A stretch of 64,000 bases of DNA from Hormiphora californensis (taxonomy: Eukaryota; Animalia; Ctenophora): the NCBI GenBank assembly GCA_020137815.1, contig CM035361.1, positions 4,278,001 through 4,342,000 on the forward strand. The letters run 5' to 3'. Position 1 is the stretch's first letter; each line of letters starts with the position of its first letter. Shown one piece after another: positions 1 to 23,551 of this stretch. Below the pieces are notes generated by a model that was given only the letters and a program-made list of their open reading frames with translations, ran no database searches and was not told the origin of the DNA. The position numbers were made by a program, and so were the translations under genes.

Positions 1-533
1 GAGCTGGCATCACTCATATTCAAGGTTACAAATCTTTAAATTTGTCTTTTGTTACATATCTTTAAATTTGTCTTTGTTTCATCTCACAACTAGGGATCTG
101 CACTTTGGCACCTAGTTTGAGGGTGTGTCACAGGGCTGGTTCCCTCATTAGATTTGTACTGGGCGAACTGATAAGGGAACCCTACTAAAATTCAGCCCGA
201 CAACCGACCGACAAAACGATCGATCAACGACTGATATCAATTGCCAACCAACCGCCTATCAATCGATCGCCGAACCAAATCCCAGCAGGGAAAAGAAGGG
301 AGAAGATCAGCTGCCTCGAGTACAAATCTCTAAGTTAATGCAATTGACCGCATTGTTATGTCACATCAGGCGAAACAGTGACGCGACTAGGGGCTGATAT
401 GATATGGGAAAAGAGGGAGGAAAGTTCTGGAGAGGGGAAAGAGAAATTAAATTTTGAGAGTAAGGCGAGAATATCAGTGCCACAGAGAAAACAGCAATAC
501 CAGGTGCTGAGATCTCCCCCTAAAAGCACCTAC

Positions 534-9093
<8,560 letters not shown>

Positions 9094-9291
9094 CTTTTTT
9101 TCTTCTTGAAAAAGTTTTTTTAATTGCCTGGCTTCGGGGAACTCATGTTGATAGACTACATTTAGCAGCCAACTGATTGCTAGACAAAAATTTTTGAATG
9201 ATGAGGGAAAAAACTATTTTCAAAAGTTACGTCCGACTGATTTCGTCAAGCTCTGTCTCATTCCGCGGGTGGAGGCCGTTTGAGACAGTCT

Positions 9292-9708
9292 GGGGGGAGA
9301 CACACTGAAGTTGAGGGCGCTCGTTCAAATCTCAACCTCGCGAAGTTTGAAGTTTCGCGAAAATCCATTTTCGGCTGAGAAATCATTTGTAAGATGATAT
9401 TTACTGGTACATCTCTCGAGGTGTCCTAATTTATCCATACCGAGTCAATTTCACCGGTTTTTAAATTTTTTGGTGAATTGGGACAACTGTGACCGGATTA
9501 GCCAAAAATTTCAAAAACGGTGAAATTGACTCGGCATGGATAAAGGACACCTCGAGAGATGTACCGGTAAATAAGTCTTACAGATGATTTCTCAGCCGAA
9601 AATGGGTTTTCGCGAAACTTCGAACTTTTCCGCGAAACTTCGAACTTCAGTGTGTGTCACGAGGTTGAGATTTGAACGAGCGCGCCCAACTTCAGTGTGT
9701 CTCCCGCC
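9292..9708. mobile_element. MITE family A, copy 3
   Basis: Same TIRs, 3-bp TSD TCT. Confidence 0.85.
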
Positions 9709-10345
9709 TCTGTCTAAAATCGTAAAACGCACGTATCTCTATAAGCCCGTCTCGATCTCAAGCCCGTCTCAACTCCGTTTCCACCCGTCTCGAACCCATC
9801 TTGGAAAAAAAAACGACTAGACGACGGTTGAACGACGTCTATATAATCAATAAACCCGGGTTTATATGTAGCGGGCGGGGTATATCAGACAAATTTTCAC
9901 CTGCTGATATTTATAAGATGCAACTAATATTTGCCCAACGGGGGAAATAGTCGTGCCCCCCCCCCCCCCTTGAAATATATCAAGTATTTATCCGGGAAAA
10001 ATTCCCTGAAATCTCAGGGAATAGCTGTGACTAGGGTTTGAGATTCAGGCACGACTGTTTTCCCCAATAGCGGATGAGAGAATAGAAGAAAAAATGCTCC
10101 TTGAAAATCAAAGTCTGAATATTTGGATATTTAATCAGTCAGTCTTATATATACTGTTATATGATATATATTTATATATAAGACGTATGTCCGAGAGAGC
10201 TTTCTTTGTCTTCATGAGGGAGACTCCATTGTTTCTACGGTGGTAGAACGCACTCTAAGTACCTCAAATTATGTCTCTATTGTGATATGAGCCACGGCAA
10301 TAAAATGAGCACTAATTAGGTAAGCGGTAAATGATAGGGCATTCT

Positions 10346-10348
10346 CTA

Positions 10349-10409
<61 letters not shown>

Positions 10410-10790
10410 TGCGCCTCAATCTCTCATTCTCTATCTCTCTCTCTTGCGCCTCAATCTCTCATTCTCTTTCTCTCTATTGCGCCTCAATCTCTCATTCTCT
10501 TTCTCTCTCTTGCGCCTCAATCTCTCATTCTCTTTCTCTCTATTGCGCCTCAATCTCTCATTCTCTTTCTCTCTATTGCGCCTCAATCTCTCATTCTCTT
10601 TCTCTCTCTTGCGCCTCAATCTCTCATTCTCTTTCTCTCTCTTGCGCCTCAATCTCTCATTCTCTTTCTCTCTCTTGCGCCTCAATCTCTCATTCTCTTT
10701 CTCTCTCTTGCGCCTCAATCTCTCGTTCTCAATCTCTCTCTTGCGCCTCAATCTCTCATTCTCTTTCTCTCTATTGCGCCTCAATCTCTC
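10346..10790. repeat. (CT)n followed by a 33-bp minisatellite (~12 copies)
   Basis: Unit TGCGCCTCAATCTCTCATTCTCTTTCTCTCTMT. Confidence 0.95.
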
Positions 10791-10827
10791 CTTATCGCCA
10801 CAAACAAACCAGACAGCAAGCCAATAC

Positions 10828-11655
<828 letters not shown>

Positions 11656-11924
11656 CAAGAACACACGTAATCCTCCAATATTAATAAACAACTTCCTCAT
11701 ATATTAAACTACTTTACCAGCTCCGTAGTAGAATTATTGGCAATAGTAAATTACAAATTATATTGAGAACATGAGAATTATGTATGCAAATGTTATGAGG
11801 CGGGATCAGTATGAGAGAAGCCAGATGAAACCCACACACTCTCCCGTGCAGCATTAGTTACTAGAATTTAGGAACATGTGAACAGTAGATCAAGGCAATC
11901 CGGGGGGGGGGGGGACCTCTTCCC

Positions 11925-12504
11925 GGTGTGCGGACTCTAGTGCTACACTCTAAGTCTACAGTGGACTCTATATCTAAATTTAGATTTAGATAAAGAGTCC
12001 AAATAAGTCTAAACTCTAGGAGGACTCTATATCTAAAAAGTCTACACAGGGCGGACTCTTTGTCTAAAAAGTCTAAACAAAGTGGACTCTATATCTACAT
12101 AAATCTAAATTAGATATAGAGTCCGCCTTTTGCCGCGAACTCGAGATTTCGGCCGTTAGGCCGGAAACGAGAGTTTGCTCTACCCCTATACTAATTTAGA
12201 AGTGTTAGGGCCGATATTTGGGTTCGAGGTTAGGGTGGGGGTTAGTGTTAGGGTTAGGTTTTGGGTTGGGTTAGGATTTTAGACATAGAGTCCGGCTTGG
12301 AGGATTTGGCGCCAAAATGTACTAGAGGACTCTATATCTAAAAATTCTACACAGGGCGGACTCTTTATCTAAAAAGTCTACACAGGGAGGACTCTTTATC
12401 TAAACTTTTTTCAAAATCTAACTGTAGATAAAGAGTCCGTTTTTAGATATAGAGTCCGCCTTGGATTTAGATAAAGAGTCCGTTAGCACTAGAGTCCGCC
12501 CACC
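11925..12504. mobile_element. MITE family C (MULE-like, 9-bp TSD), copy 1
   Basis: GGTGTGCGGACTCTAGTGCTA...TAGCACTAGAGTCCGCCCACC; many GGACTCTWTATCTA subrepeats; internal degenerate GGTTAG tract; TSD CCTCTTCCC/CCTTTTCCC. Confidence 0.87.
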
Positions 12505-15500
12505 CCTTTTCCCTTATGAGGTGTGCACAAAATAGAGGTTTAGTTGGTTTAGTTAGTATTCGAACAGGACTAATCTTTGATTCAACAATGTATATTTCTC
12601 AATATTTTCGCTGGAAGGGATTGACAAGATAAAAAAAGATGCCCTTTTCAGATCATGTCCTTTGTATCATGAATCATATGTAAATTGTCTGATTCTCGCA
12701 CAAATACCGACGCAAGAATTGCCGTAAATGCCGCTATTATTATTTTGGAGCCCCATATAATAGTGGTTAGTGATCCGAACAAAAGATTGTTATTTTTGTG
12801 AGTCTTCTAGGCTGCTCGTATAGTGGCTGGTGAAGTCTTGGTTGTTGGAGGCTGTTCAAGAAAAGTAGTTCAGGAGTCGTGGTAGGAACTGCCGGAACTG
12901 GCCCCGGAAAGATAAAAGTTGAGATATTTATAACAGGGCACACGTCAATATAATACCAGGCTTGTAAATATCACTCTCACTCCCATTGGTCATTCTCAAA
13001 GTCACGTGACACTCGAGATGCAGATCGGACAGTAACTCCGCTCGTCAGCTACTTTTGACAAGTGCCGCGACTAGATCAGACGGAGTTAGAGCCAGAGTCT
13101 GTAGCTGTCAGTGTCACTCCCTTAGCTACTATCAATGAATCATGAAATAAGGAGGCCCAATCATGGTAGTTACTAGTGCACAGATGGTTCTCTAATCAAC
13201 TTCAGGGGGATGAGCTAACACCTTTCTACTCTAAGTACTCTAAATATAATAAGTAAATCCCAAGTAAATATAGTACGCTACTGTTAAACCGAGGGGAAAG
13301 AGCGGCGCCACGGTTCCCTCTCATACATATGTCATATCAAGAAATAATATGAATAGTGGCCGGCACGCCACATCCTCCCCTCTCTCCAAGAAAAGAGGTA
13401 GGAAAAAAGAGTCTTTCTCACACACTCAAATCATTGTCCTGAATCAAAAAATCATTGTCCATTAAATAAAATCCAACACATCTAGCGAGGGTGTCCAAAG
13501 GAGACACTATCTTCTTCAGGGTGTCCAAAGAAGACACAATCTTCTTCAGGGTGTCCAGAGGAGACACTATCTTCTTCAGGGTGTCCAGAGGAGACACAAT
13601 CTTCTTTTCAACAACTGAACTGGGCACGGCGAGGCGAACATGTAGGGCATCGTAACAGGGGTATTGTATCACAGCTGGATCCAATATCAAAGGGGCACAT
13701 GTTGGTAGTACGTTCTTGACTAGGTGGGCCGCACTTGCTAAGTAGTGCCATCAAGGAAGTCGACAACCCTTTATGCACGGTAGTAGGGAGAACTTCTTCC
13801 GGTGGAAGAGGGGTTCGGCCAGTTGCTGAATATAAGCAGTCAGAGTCACATGTTTATCCTCTTCACAAGCTGGAGTTCTTCAGAGTGGTAGATCCTGTTC
13901 AGATTGCTTCGGTTGTGTCGTCTTCTCGCGTAACTGTTTCGACAACTGCTTCGGATCCTGGCAGTACTTTGCCTTCTACCAGTTCAGCGTTGAGCCCAGA
14001 CAGGATAGGCAGGGCTACATCATCAAATAGTCCAGAATTCCATCACAGATACTAACTCTAAATTACTAACTACTACTATAATATTACTCATTTTAATTTT
14101 AAATCTGCAAGAAGTATGCACCTGCTTTCCGGTTCCGAAGATGCTATCAGACATTATGCATCACACGAACTCACATCACACCTTTTCCTCGCACTTTGCA
14201 ATTCACACGGTACACATGGCACACTGCACCATTCACACACTTAGTAAGGTTCATTCCGCACATAACTCTCCACTCTCCCAAATGAGATCGCTTTCTCTCA
14301 GGAAGTCAAAATGGCCTTGCAAAGGTAGCACACACTCACAGTTGATCAAATACAGTCACATCGCTCCAATTCTCACTCACGTTTGTGCAGCATACAAAAC
14401 ACTATACCACATCTGCTGGATGCAAGAAAAAAAACCTATGGCTTGAGGTAGCTGTTTTCTGTTCACCACACACAGCTGGTCAGGCTGATTAATGGTTTCA
14501 AGGCATTGATGACCAGTCAATTTCTCGAACAAACAGCAGAACAGCGAACATGTCCAAGGCAGGGGGTTGCTACCTTTTTCACGTTTTGTCCCTCAAGCAC
14601 AACCGCACCGTCATGCGTCTAAATCCTGACGTCTCAGGGAAAAACATTGCCTCAGCACTACGAGAACAGGCATCTGCATACGTCACTACGAGACGTCAAA
14701 CTTCAAAGTCACTACGAGACATTCATAATCTTCACTTCGAGATTCACATTCATATTCATTCATCCCCTTATTTACATCCAGCTCACATTGTACTTGCATT
14801 ATATCGCTATTAACACTTTCCTAAAGTTGGTCAGATATCTGCTAACTTATCCAACCAATTCAGGAAACGGACTTCACATTTCTCAATCTTCTTATGATCA
14901 CACTGATAAATGGCACACTTGGCAACTTTACTCACAGAACTTGCTCACACCACAAGAAGCGAACTCACTGCACGTACTAATAAATAGCTCACTAGATTTT
15001 GCAGGGATACACGTACAGTCACAGTGTGACTCACACTGGCATTTGGCAATCTCACAGTCGCAGCTCACATGGGCACACAGACCGAATACATTCTCAGTCA
15101 CACAGTCTCTCGCCACATACCACGAGCATGAATCACACTAGTTAATTCAACGGGCGACTGCTGGCAAGTGCAAAAGGCATTGGAACCGGAGGCAGGGCAA
15201 CTGTCTAGCACGAGAGGAATAAGGTTACTGCTACACACAAATCTAGAGTCTTCAAACACGCATGGAGGCACACAAGACTACAGATGCAGGTGATTCACGC
15301 TGGCATATCTCTTCGTAGTGAGGAATCGTCTCCACACACAGCTGATAGTGAAAGACGTGTTGGGTGCAGCAGGGTTCTTCTTTCTCGTGCAGCGTTAAAG
15401 GTAGGCTCACTTTTCGCGGTCGGGTAACACGTCGGTTTCTTCTGTCTGCCTTACTGTGCAGACATTACAGTGAGGTCTTTCGTATCCGACCACAGGGGAG

Positions 15501-15728
15501 ACACGGCCGTCAGTATTTCAGTGTCCGAAGGAGACACAGTAGGCACTGGTTCAATGTCCGAGAGAGACACGGTTGGTTGGGTTGGGCTCCGGATTAATCT
15601 TGGCAGCGATCCTCGTTGACAGGAGATTTGACGCACAACCCGGTGTCGGTCGGGCTCTGGAATTCCACTACACAGGTAAACTTCATGGCACTCGGGAGAG
15701 TCGTGAGGAAACGGGGTAGGAACTCGGG

Positions 15729-15765
15729 GTGCCCTCTCACAAGGAAAGGGCGAATCTAGTTTTTT
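15729..15765 (-). promoter_or_regulatory. Candidate -1 ribosomal frameshift signal at the gag stop
   Basis: Minus strand reads A AAA AAC TAG, then a 7-nt spacer and a GCCCTTTC/GAGAGGGC stem-loop. The -1 frame stays open to 15451. Confidence 0.65.
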
Positions 15766-16878
15766 TGAGCCTGTTGGGAGGCGTGGGGTTCTTGTGCGTC
15801 ACGTGCTGTGGGGTTCCATCTATCTAGATTGTTGGTGAATCCCAGTCGATTCTGTGTCGGGCTTCTGTACTTGTAGTTGCTGTACCTCGGTCCTCCCAAG
15901 TCGTTGCTGCTGTGGTAGTTGCCTTGGTAGATATCTCGGTCTCGTCTCCCGGTGTTATCGTTGTAGTTGTCTCTTCCTCGATACTGGGGGCCGTAGAAGG
16001 GTTGTCCACGTTGCAGTGGTATATCGATGTTCTTGCAGTATCGTAAGAGGTGACCGTATTGTCCGCATCCCCAGCACTGTCTGTTATCGGGTCCATTTCT
16101 ACGGGGTGCCGGTGCAGTAGAAGGGGTCTCGGCGGCTAGAACGCTGACGTTAACATCCTCGTCTCGTGCTTCTCCGCGAGCTGTGTAGGCTATCTCTCGT
16201 TGAGCGGCGAGTTGTAGGAGCTCGGTGAAGGTGACGTCTCTTGTGGCCTCATGCAGCAGCTGGACTCCGACTTCGTCCCGGAGGACGCCCATGCATAAGG
16301 CTTGGTTGAGTGCTGCTTCCCGTAGGGCTTCCTCGCCACGTGCAGGGTAACCCGATTTCCCTAGCTTCCTCAACTTCTCCCCGAAGTCCACTGATAGATT
16401 CACCTGGCTCTTGTTTTGCCTTCTGTAGTTTCAATCTGGCGATCAGTTTGCTCTCCTTGCTCAGTGACTGGATCAGGGGGATAACTCTCTCTTTGAAGTC
16501 AGTCCAGTTGTCGTAATCTCCGAGGCCGGCTTCACGCACTTGGTTCTGGAAGTTGGAGTTGAGATAGGTCAGGAAGGCCTTCACAGCGGTTGGTCCAGTG
16601 AGACCAAGGATCTGGATGTACGATTCGTATTGTTCCACGAAGTCAGTGATTGCCGCGGTTGTTGGGTCAAAGATGTCTGGCTTCCTGCTCGCTGTAGCAC
16701 CGTACTTCAGCATGTCTGCATTTTTCGCCTTGTCTCGGTTGTCTGTAGCTGCAGTTGTAGCGGCTGTAGCGGCTGCAGTGGCGGCGGCCTTTTCCCTGGT
16801 AGTCATCAACTTGGCTATGCTCTTCACCTGTGCTTCTGTCAGGTCCTTGACTTTCGCTAGATCTTCATTGAGGCTCAT
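15756..16878 (-). CDS. gag: Gag with CCHC zinc knuckle, split by a 1-nt frameshift near 16390
   Basis: ORF 16878-16249 (Q-EPGESI motif) continues in ORF 16403-15756 (CWGCGQYGHLLRYC). Removing one G in ATCAGTGGACTTC restores ...GESISDFGEKLRKL. Confidence 0.85.
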
Positions 16879-17627
16879 CTCTGGTTCTCAATCCTGGTTC
16901 TTCAGCACCAATGTGAGTCTTCTAGGCTGCTCGTATAGTGGCTGGTGAAGTCTTGGTTGTTGGAGGCTGTTCAAGACAAGTAGTTCAGGAGTCGTGTTTG
17001 GAACTGCCGGAACTGGCCCACGAAAAGATACAAGTTGAGATATTTATAACAGGGCACACGTCAATATAATACCAGGCTTGTAAATATCACTCTCACTCCC
17101 ATTGGTCATTCTCAAAGTCACGTGACACTCGAGATGCAGATCGGACAGTAACTCCGCTCGTCAGCTACTTTTGACAAGTGCCGCGACTAGATCAGACGGA
17201 GTTAGAGCCAGAGTCTGTAGCTGTCAGTGTCACTCCCTTAGCTACTATCAATGAATCATGAAATAAGGAGGCCCAATCATGGTAGTTACTAGTGCACAGA
17301 TGGTTCTCTAATCAACTTCAGGGGGATGAGCTAACACCTTTCTACTCTAAGTACTCTAAATATAATAAGTAAATCCCAAGTAAATATAGTACGCTACTGT
17401 TAAACCGAGGGGAAAGAGCGGCGCCACGGTTCCCTCTCATACATATGTCATATCAAGAAATAATATGAATAGTGGCCGGCACGCCACATTTTGGAGCCCC
17501 TAAGATCCGAACAAAAGATGTTTTCCCTGCCCGGGTGAATGCCTATAAGGCATTCACCCAGATGCCTTTTTGCTTTGCAAAAAGGCATAGCAGGGTTAGA
17601 ATTCGAAAACGACATTCTGATGTGGGG

Positions 17628-17842
17628 CCGCACATCAGAATGTCGCTCGGCAATTTCCGCATTGGCTCGGTGATTGGTTCGGTAACAACAGGTGGTTTGC
17701 TGAACCAGTGGTTCGGAGAGTCAAGGAGGTCGCCGAAAACTTACCGCACAAGGCCGCATGGCTCGGCAAACCACCTGTTGTTACCGAACCAATCACCGAG
17801 CCAATGCGAAAATTGCCGAGCGACATTCTGATGGGGGCGCCC
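17628..17842. mobile_element. Small palindromic MITE
   Basis: CATCAGAATGTCGCTCGGCAATTT...AAATTGCCGAGCGACATTCTGATG arms; boundaries approximate. Confidence 0.7.
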
Positions 17843-18051
17843 ATACATCTATAGTATAGCTTTCTTTTGATACCAAAATTTAGTCTGTGCTTTGAACAGA
17901 CGCCTGTTTTTGGGCTGTAGGGCGAACTTTGATTCAATCCTGTCCAATTCAATCCAATATATAAATATCTTTGTTAGATTACGATTCGAGGGAAAGAAAG
18001 GGACCGTTTTATGAATTTATGTATGTAATGTATGAATTTATATTTGAATTT

Positions 18052-18538
18052 GGGAGGAGACACACTGAAGTTGGTGGTGCGTTGCCATGCTACGCAGTCT
18101 GTCTGTTCGGCACTTAAGCGCCTCGCGTAAGCTCACACTGGGCCGAAGCTGACAGACAAGGAACATGTCAAGTAGTGCGCATTGAATTGAGATCTCAACG
18201 GTGTGACGCACACTGAAGAATTCGGAGTTCGACGTTTCACGGAGATATGAAATCAACCATTTTTGACCGAAAACTCGTTTGCAAGAGGTTTATTTATTTT
18301 ATACTGGTACATTTCATAAAGTTTAGCCATAATACTGAGTCATTTTCACCGTTGTGCGCATTTTTGCTAATCCGGTCAAAAAATGTCAAAAATGGATAAA
18401 TGTCACCTCGAAAAAATTTGCCGTTTATAAATGATTTCATACGATTGATTCCATAATTCCGCGGAACGCACGAGACCAACTTCAGTGCAAGTGTGTGTCA
18501 CGCGGCTGAGATCTCAACGCACGCGACCATCTTCAGTG
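18052..18538. mobile_element. Diverged MITE family A copy
   Basis: GGAGACACACTGAAGTTG start and a degenerate palindromic body. Confidence 0.65.
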
Positions 18539-18558
18539 TTATATGTAAATAACCATAC

Positions 18559-20176
18559 CTTGGTTACAGACTATGTATGAGACATCGATTTCACCGTATT
18601 CAGTTATAGTATGACTATCGATCATGTTGGTCCCCGCAGGAAGGTGGTGATCCTTGTACAACAATGCCACCTCATCAGAACCAATTGCTTTGTCCGAGAA
18701 GTACGGCTCTTTAACACGACCGGAGCAGGACTGTTTCATTTCAAATGATGCTGGATCCGCTGGTTTATCTTGATCCTGACATTGATAATGAAAGGTCAAA
18801 GTTTGCCTTTTTAGTTTGGGTCTAATAAACCCAAACTAAAAAAGCAAATTTGGAAGTTAGAAGGATCATTTCGAGTTCTTCCTAAACTCCAAATTCAAGT
18901 TCTATCTCACGAGCTATGACCGTTGTAAATATCACAAACCCCAAGCCTAATTGTCATGTGTGTGTGTGTATGTTTGTGTTTTACTTTAGTTACCTGCCCA
19001 AAGACAAGGTATCCTGCTTTCAGAATTTGATAACTAGCAAGATCGTCCCTAAACACTGTTTCTGTGCCATTCTCGTAGATCTTTAGGCCCACAACCGTGT
19101 TGAATGTGACCGTGTAGTGGTTCCAGGTGCCCAAAGAAAGGGTATGAGACATCGATTTCACCGTATTCAGTTATAGTATGACGATCGATCCATGTTGGTC
19201 CCCGAGGAAGGTGGTGATCCTTGTTACAACATGCCACCTCATCAAACCAATTGCTTTGTCGCGAAGTACGGCTCTTGAACACGACCGGAGCATGACTGTC
19301 TCATGTCAAATGAGCTGGATCCGCTGGTTTATCTTGATCCTGACCTTGATAAGGAAAGGTCAAAGTTTGCCTTGTTTTAGTTGGGTCGAATACCAAACTA
19401 ACAAAGCAATTTGAAGTGATATAAGGATCCTTTCGAGTTCTTCCTAAACTCCAAATTCAAGTTCTATCTCACGAGCTATGACCGTTGTTAAATATCACAA
19501 ACCCAAGCCAATTGTCCATTTATGTGTGTGTATGTTTTGTGTTTTACTTAGTTACCTGCCCAAAACAGGTTATCCTGCTTTCAAGAAATTTGGATAACTA
19601 GCAAGAGCGTCCCTAACAACTGTTTCGGTGCCATTCTCGTAATCTTTAGGCCCACAACCGTGTTGAATGTGACCGTGTAGTGGTTCCAGGTCCCCAAGAA
19701 AGGGTTGTTGTTGTCCCAAAATTATAAATTGGAAAACATTTATATAATTGTGTGTATGTGGATTTTTTTTATCAGAACAAGATTTTTAATATCTTCTCTA
19801 TTAATCCTGAACAAGATCTCATCATTGATATTTTGGAATTTTTTAGCTGTGATTGTTGTCAGCTCAGCTCAGTCAAACTTACAAATCTCGTAATCCTTGG
19901 CAAAATCTATACAGATTTGTTTCCTTGACGTTTTAAACCAAACATCAAGTGATTTATCGTTTAAAGGATCTTTTAAATCATCTATTGGTGTAGGACCGAC
20001 AGGAACACCCGTCGCGAACCCCATTACGCATTGCCAATCAGTTGACGGCCATGAATCATACCCGAACCAGAAGGCTAGGGTGAATTCGTGAAACCTTCCT
20101 GATTCATTGTAATGCTGGATTGCATAACTTGTTCCGTCAGATGCATATGGGTACTGGATCTTATCTACACACCGGT
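18559..20176 (-). CDS. Pentraxin/LamG-like domain exons, including a tandemly duplicated two-exon block
   Basis: Motifs FTLAFWF, WNHYTVTF..GLKIYENG, GYLVFGQ|DQD..S.SGRV....AIGSDEV follow the pentraxin order. GT donors lie near 19881, 18993 and 18558. A ~566-bp block (18576-19141) repeats at 19142-19703 with indels. Confidence 0.7.
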
Positions 20177-20529
20177 CTGAAAACAAAGGAGGTCAGAAGG
20201 GAGAGTTTGGTACGCTAAAACCTAGAGCCACACACACACGGGCCTACTAGTGGTTAATCAAACCCATCTATTGGTTGATAAAGGTTAAGGTAACTTGCCA
20301 AGTTGCAAACAAAAAAATTTTTTCATAGAAATGAAGATATTCAGTTTGCTCTATCAGCACACCAAATATCATCAAAATAATTTTTACCTCAATTAGCACT
20401 AACATCGGGAATTGGGTCAATTACGAAAATTTGGTACGATATCCTACCAATTTTGATCATAACCAACCCTGGTAGGACATCGGGAGGTTCTATCAAAAAA
20501 TCCGCTGGTAGGATAAACGATGGTTAGGA

Positions 20530-20809
20530 CCCTAACCCTAACCCTAACCCTAACCCTAACCCTAACCCTAACCCTAACCCTAACCCTAACCCTAACCCTA
20601 ACCCTAACCCTAACCCTAACCCTAACCCTAACCCTAACCCTAACCCTAACCCTAACCCTAACCCTAACCCTAACCCTAACCCTAACCCTAACCCTAACCC
20701 TAACCCTAACCCTAACCCTAACCCTAACCCTAACCCTAACCCTAACCCTAACCCTAACCCTAACCCTAACCCTAACCCTAACCCTAACCCTAACCCTAAC
20801 CCTAACCCT
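20530..20809. repeat. Interstitial telomeric repeat (CCCTAA)~46
   Basis: Perfect hexamer array. Confidence 0.99.
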
Positions 20810-23005
<2,196 letters not shown>

Positions 23006-23339
23006 CCTAACCCTAACCCTAACCCTAACCCTAACCCTAACCCTAACCCTAACCCTAACCCTAACCCTAACCCTAACCCTAACCCTAACCCTAACCCTAA
23101 CCCTAACCCTAACCCTAACCCTAACCCTAACCCTAACCCTAACCCTAACCCTAACCCTAACCCTAACCCTAACCCTAACCCTAACCCTAACCCTAACCCT
23201 AACCCTAACCCTAACCCTAACCCTAACCCTAACCCTAACCCTAACCCTAACCCTAACCCTAACCCTAACCCTAACCCTAACCCTAACCCTAACCCTAACC
23301 CTAACCCTAACCCTAACCCTAACCCTAACCCTAACCCTA
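23006..23339. repeat. Interstitial telomeric repeat (CCCTAA)~55
   Basis: Perfect hexamer array, same orientation as 20530-20809. Confidence 0.99.
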
Positions 23340-23551
23340 GGACTGATTGACTCCCAATTAGAAGTTGCATCTGGAATCATGATTCCAGTTGAAATCTCTA
23401 ATTGATTCAGTAATTCAATCACTGCTCAACGCACATATCCAAGCGATTGCATCTTTCTTTGTTTAGGTTTAGTTCGTGTGCACTGCTTTAGCTTTTCCGA
23501 GATTTCTAGCTTACGATTCCTATTATAGTCCAGGCAAAGTTCGATTTAAAA

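Larger units (their letters stand above)
12797..17488 (-). mobile_element. LTR retrotransposon (Gypsy-like gag), non-autonomous, no pol
   Basis: Direct TG...CA LTRs at 12797-13372 and 16912-17488. On the minus strand a PBS (TGGTGCTGAAGAACCAGGA, tRNA-Phe-like) follows the 5' LTR and a PPT (GGAGAGAGGGGAGGA) precedes the 3' LTR. 4-bp TTTT TSD. Confidence 0.93.

Noticed and set aside
13373-15450. pol or env ORF inside the LTR element
   Set aside because: No D(S/T)G, YxDD or HHCC/DDE motifs were found by eye, and the sense-strand frames are broken by stops.
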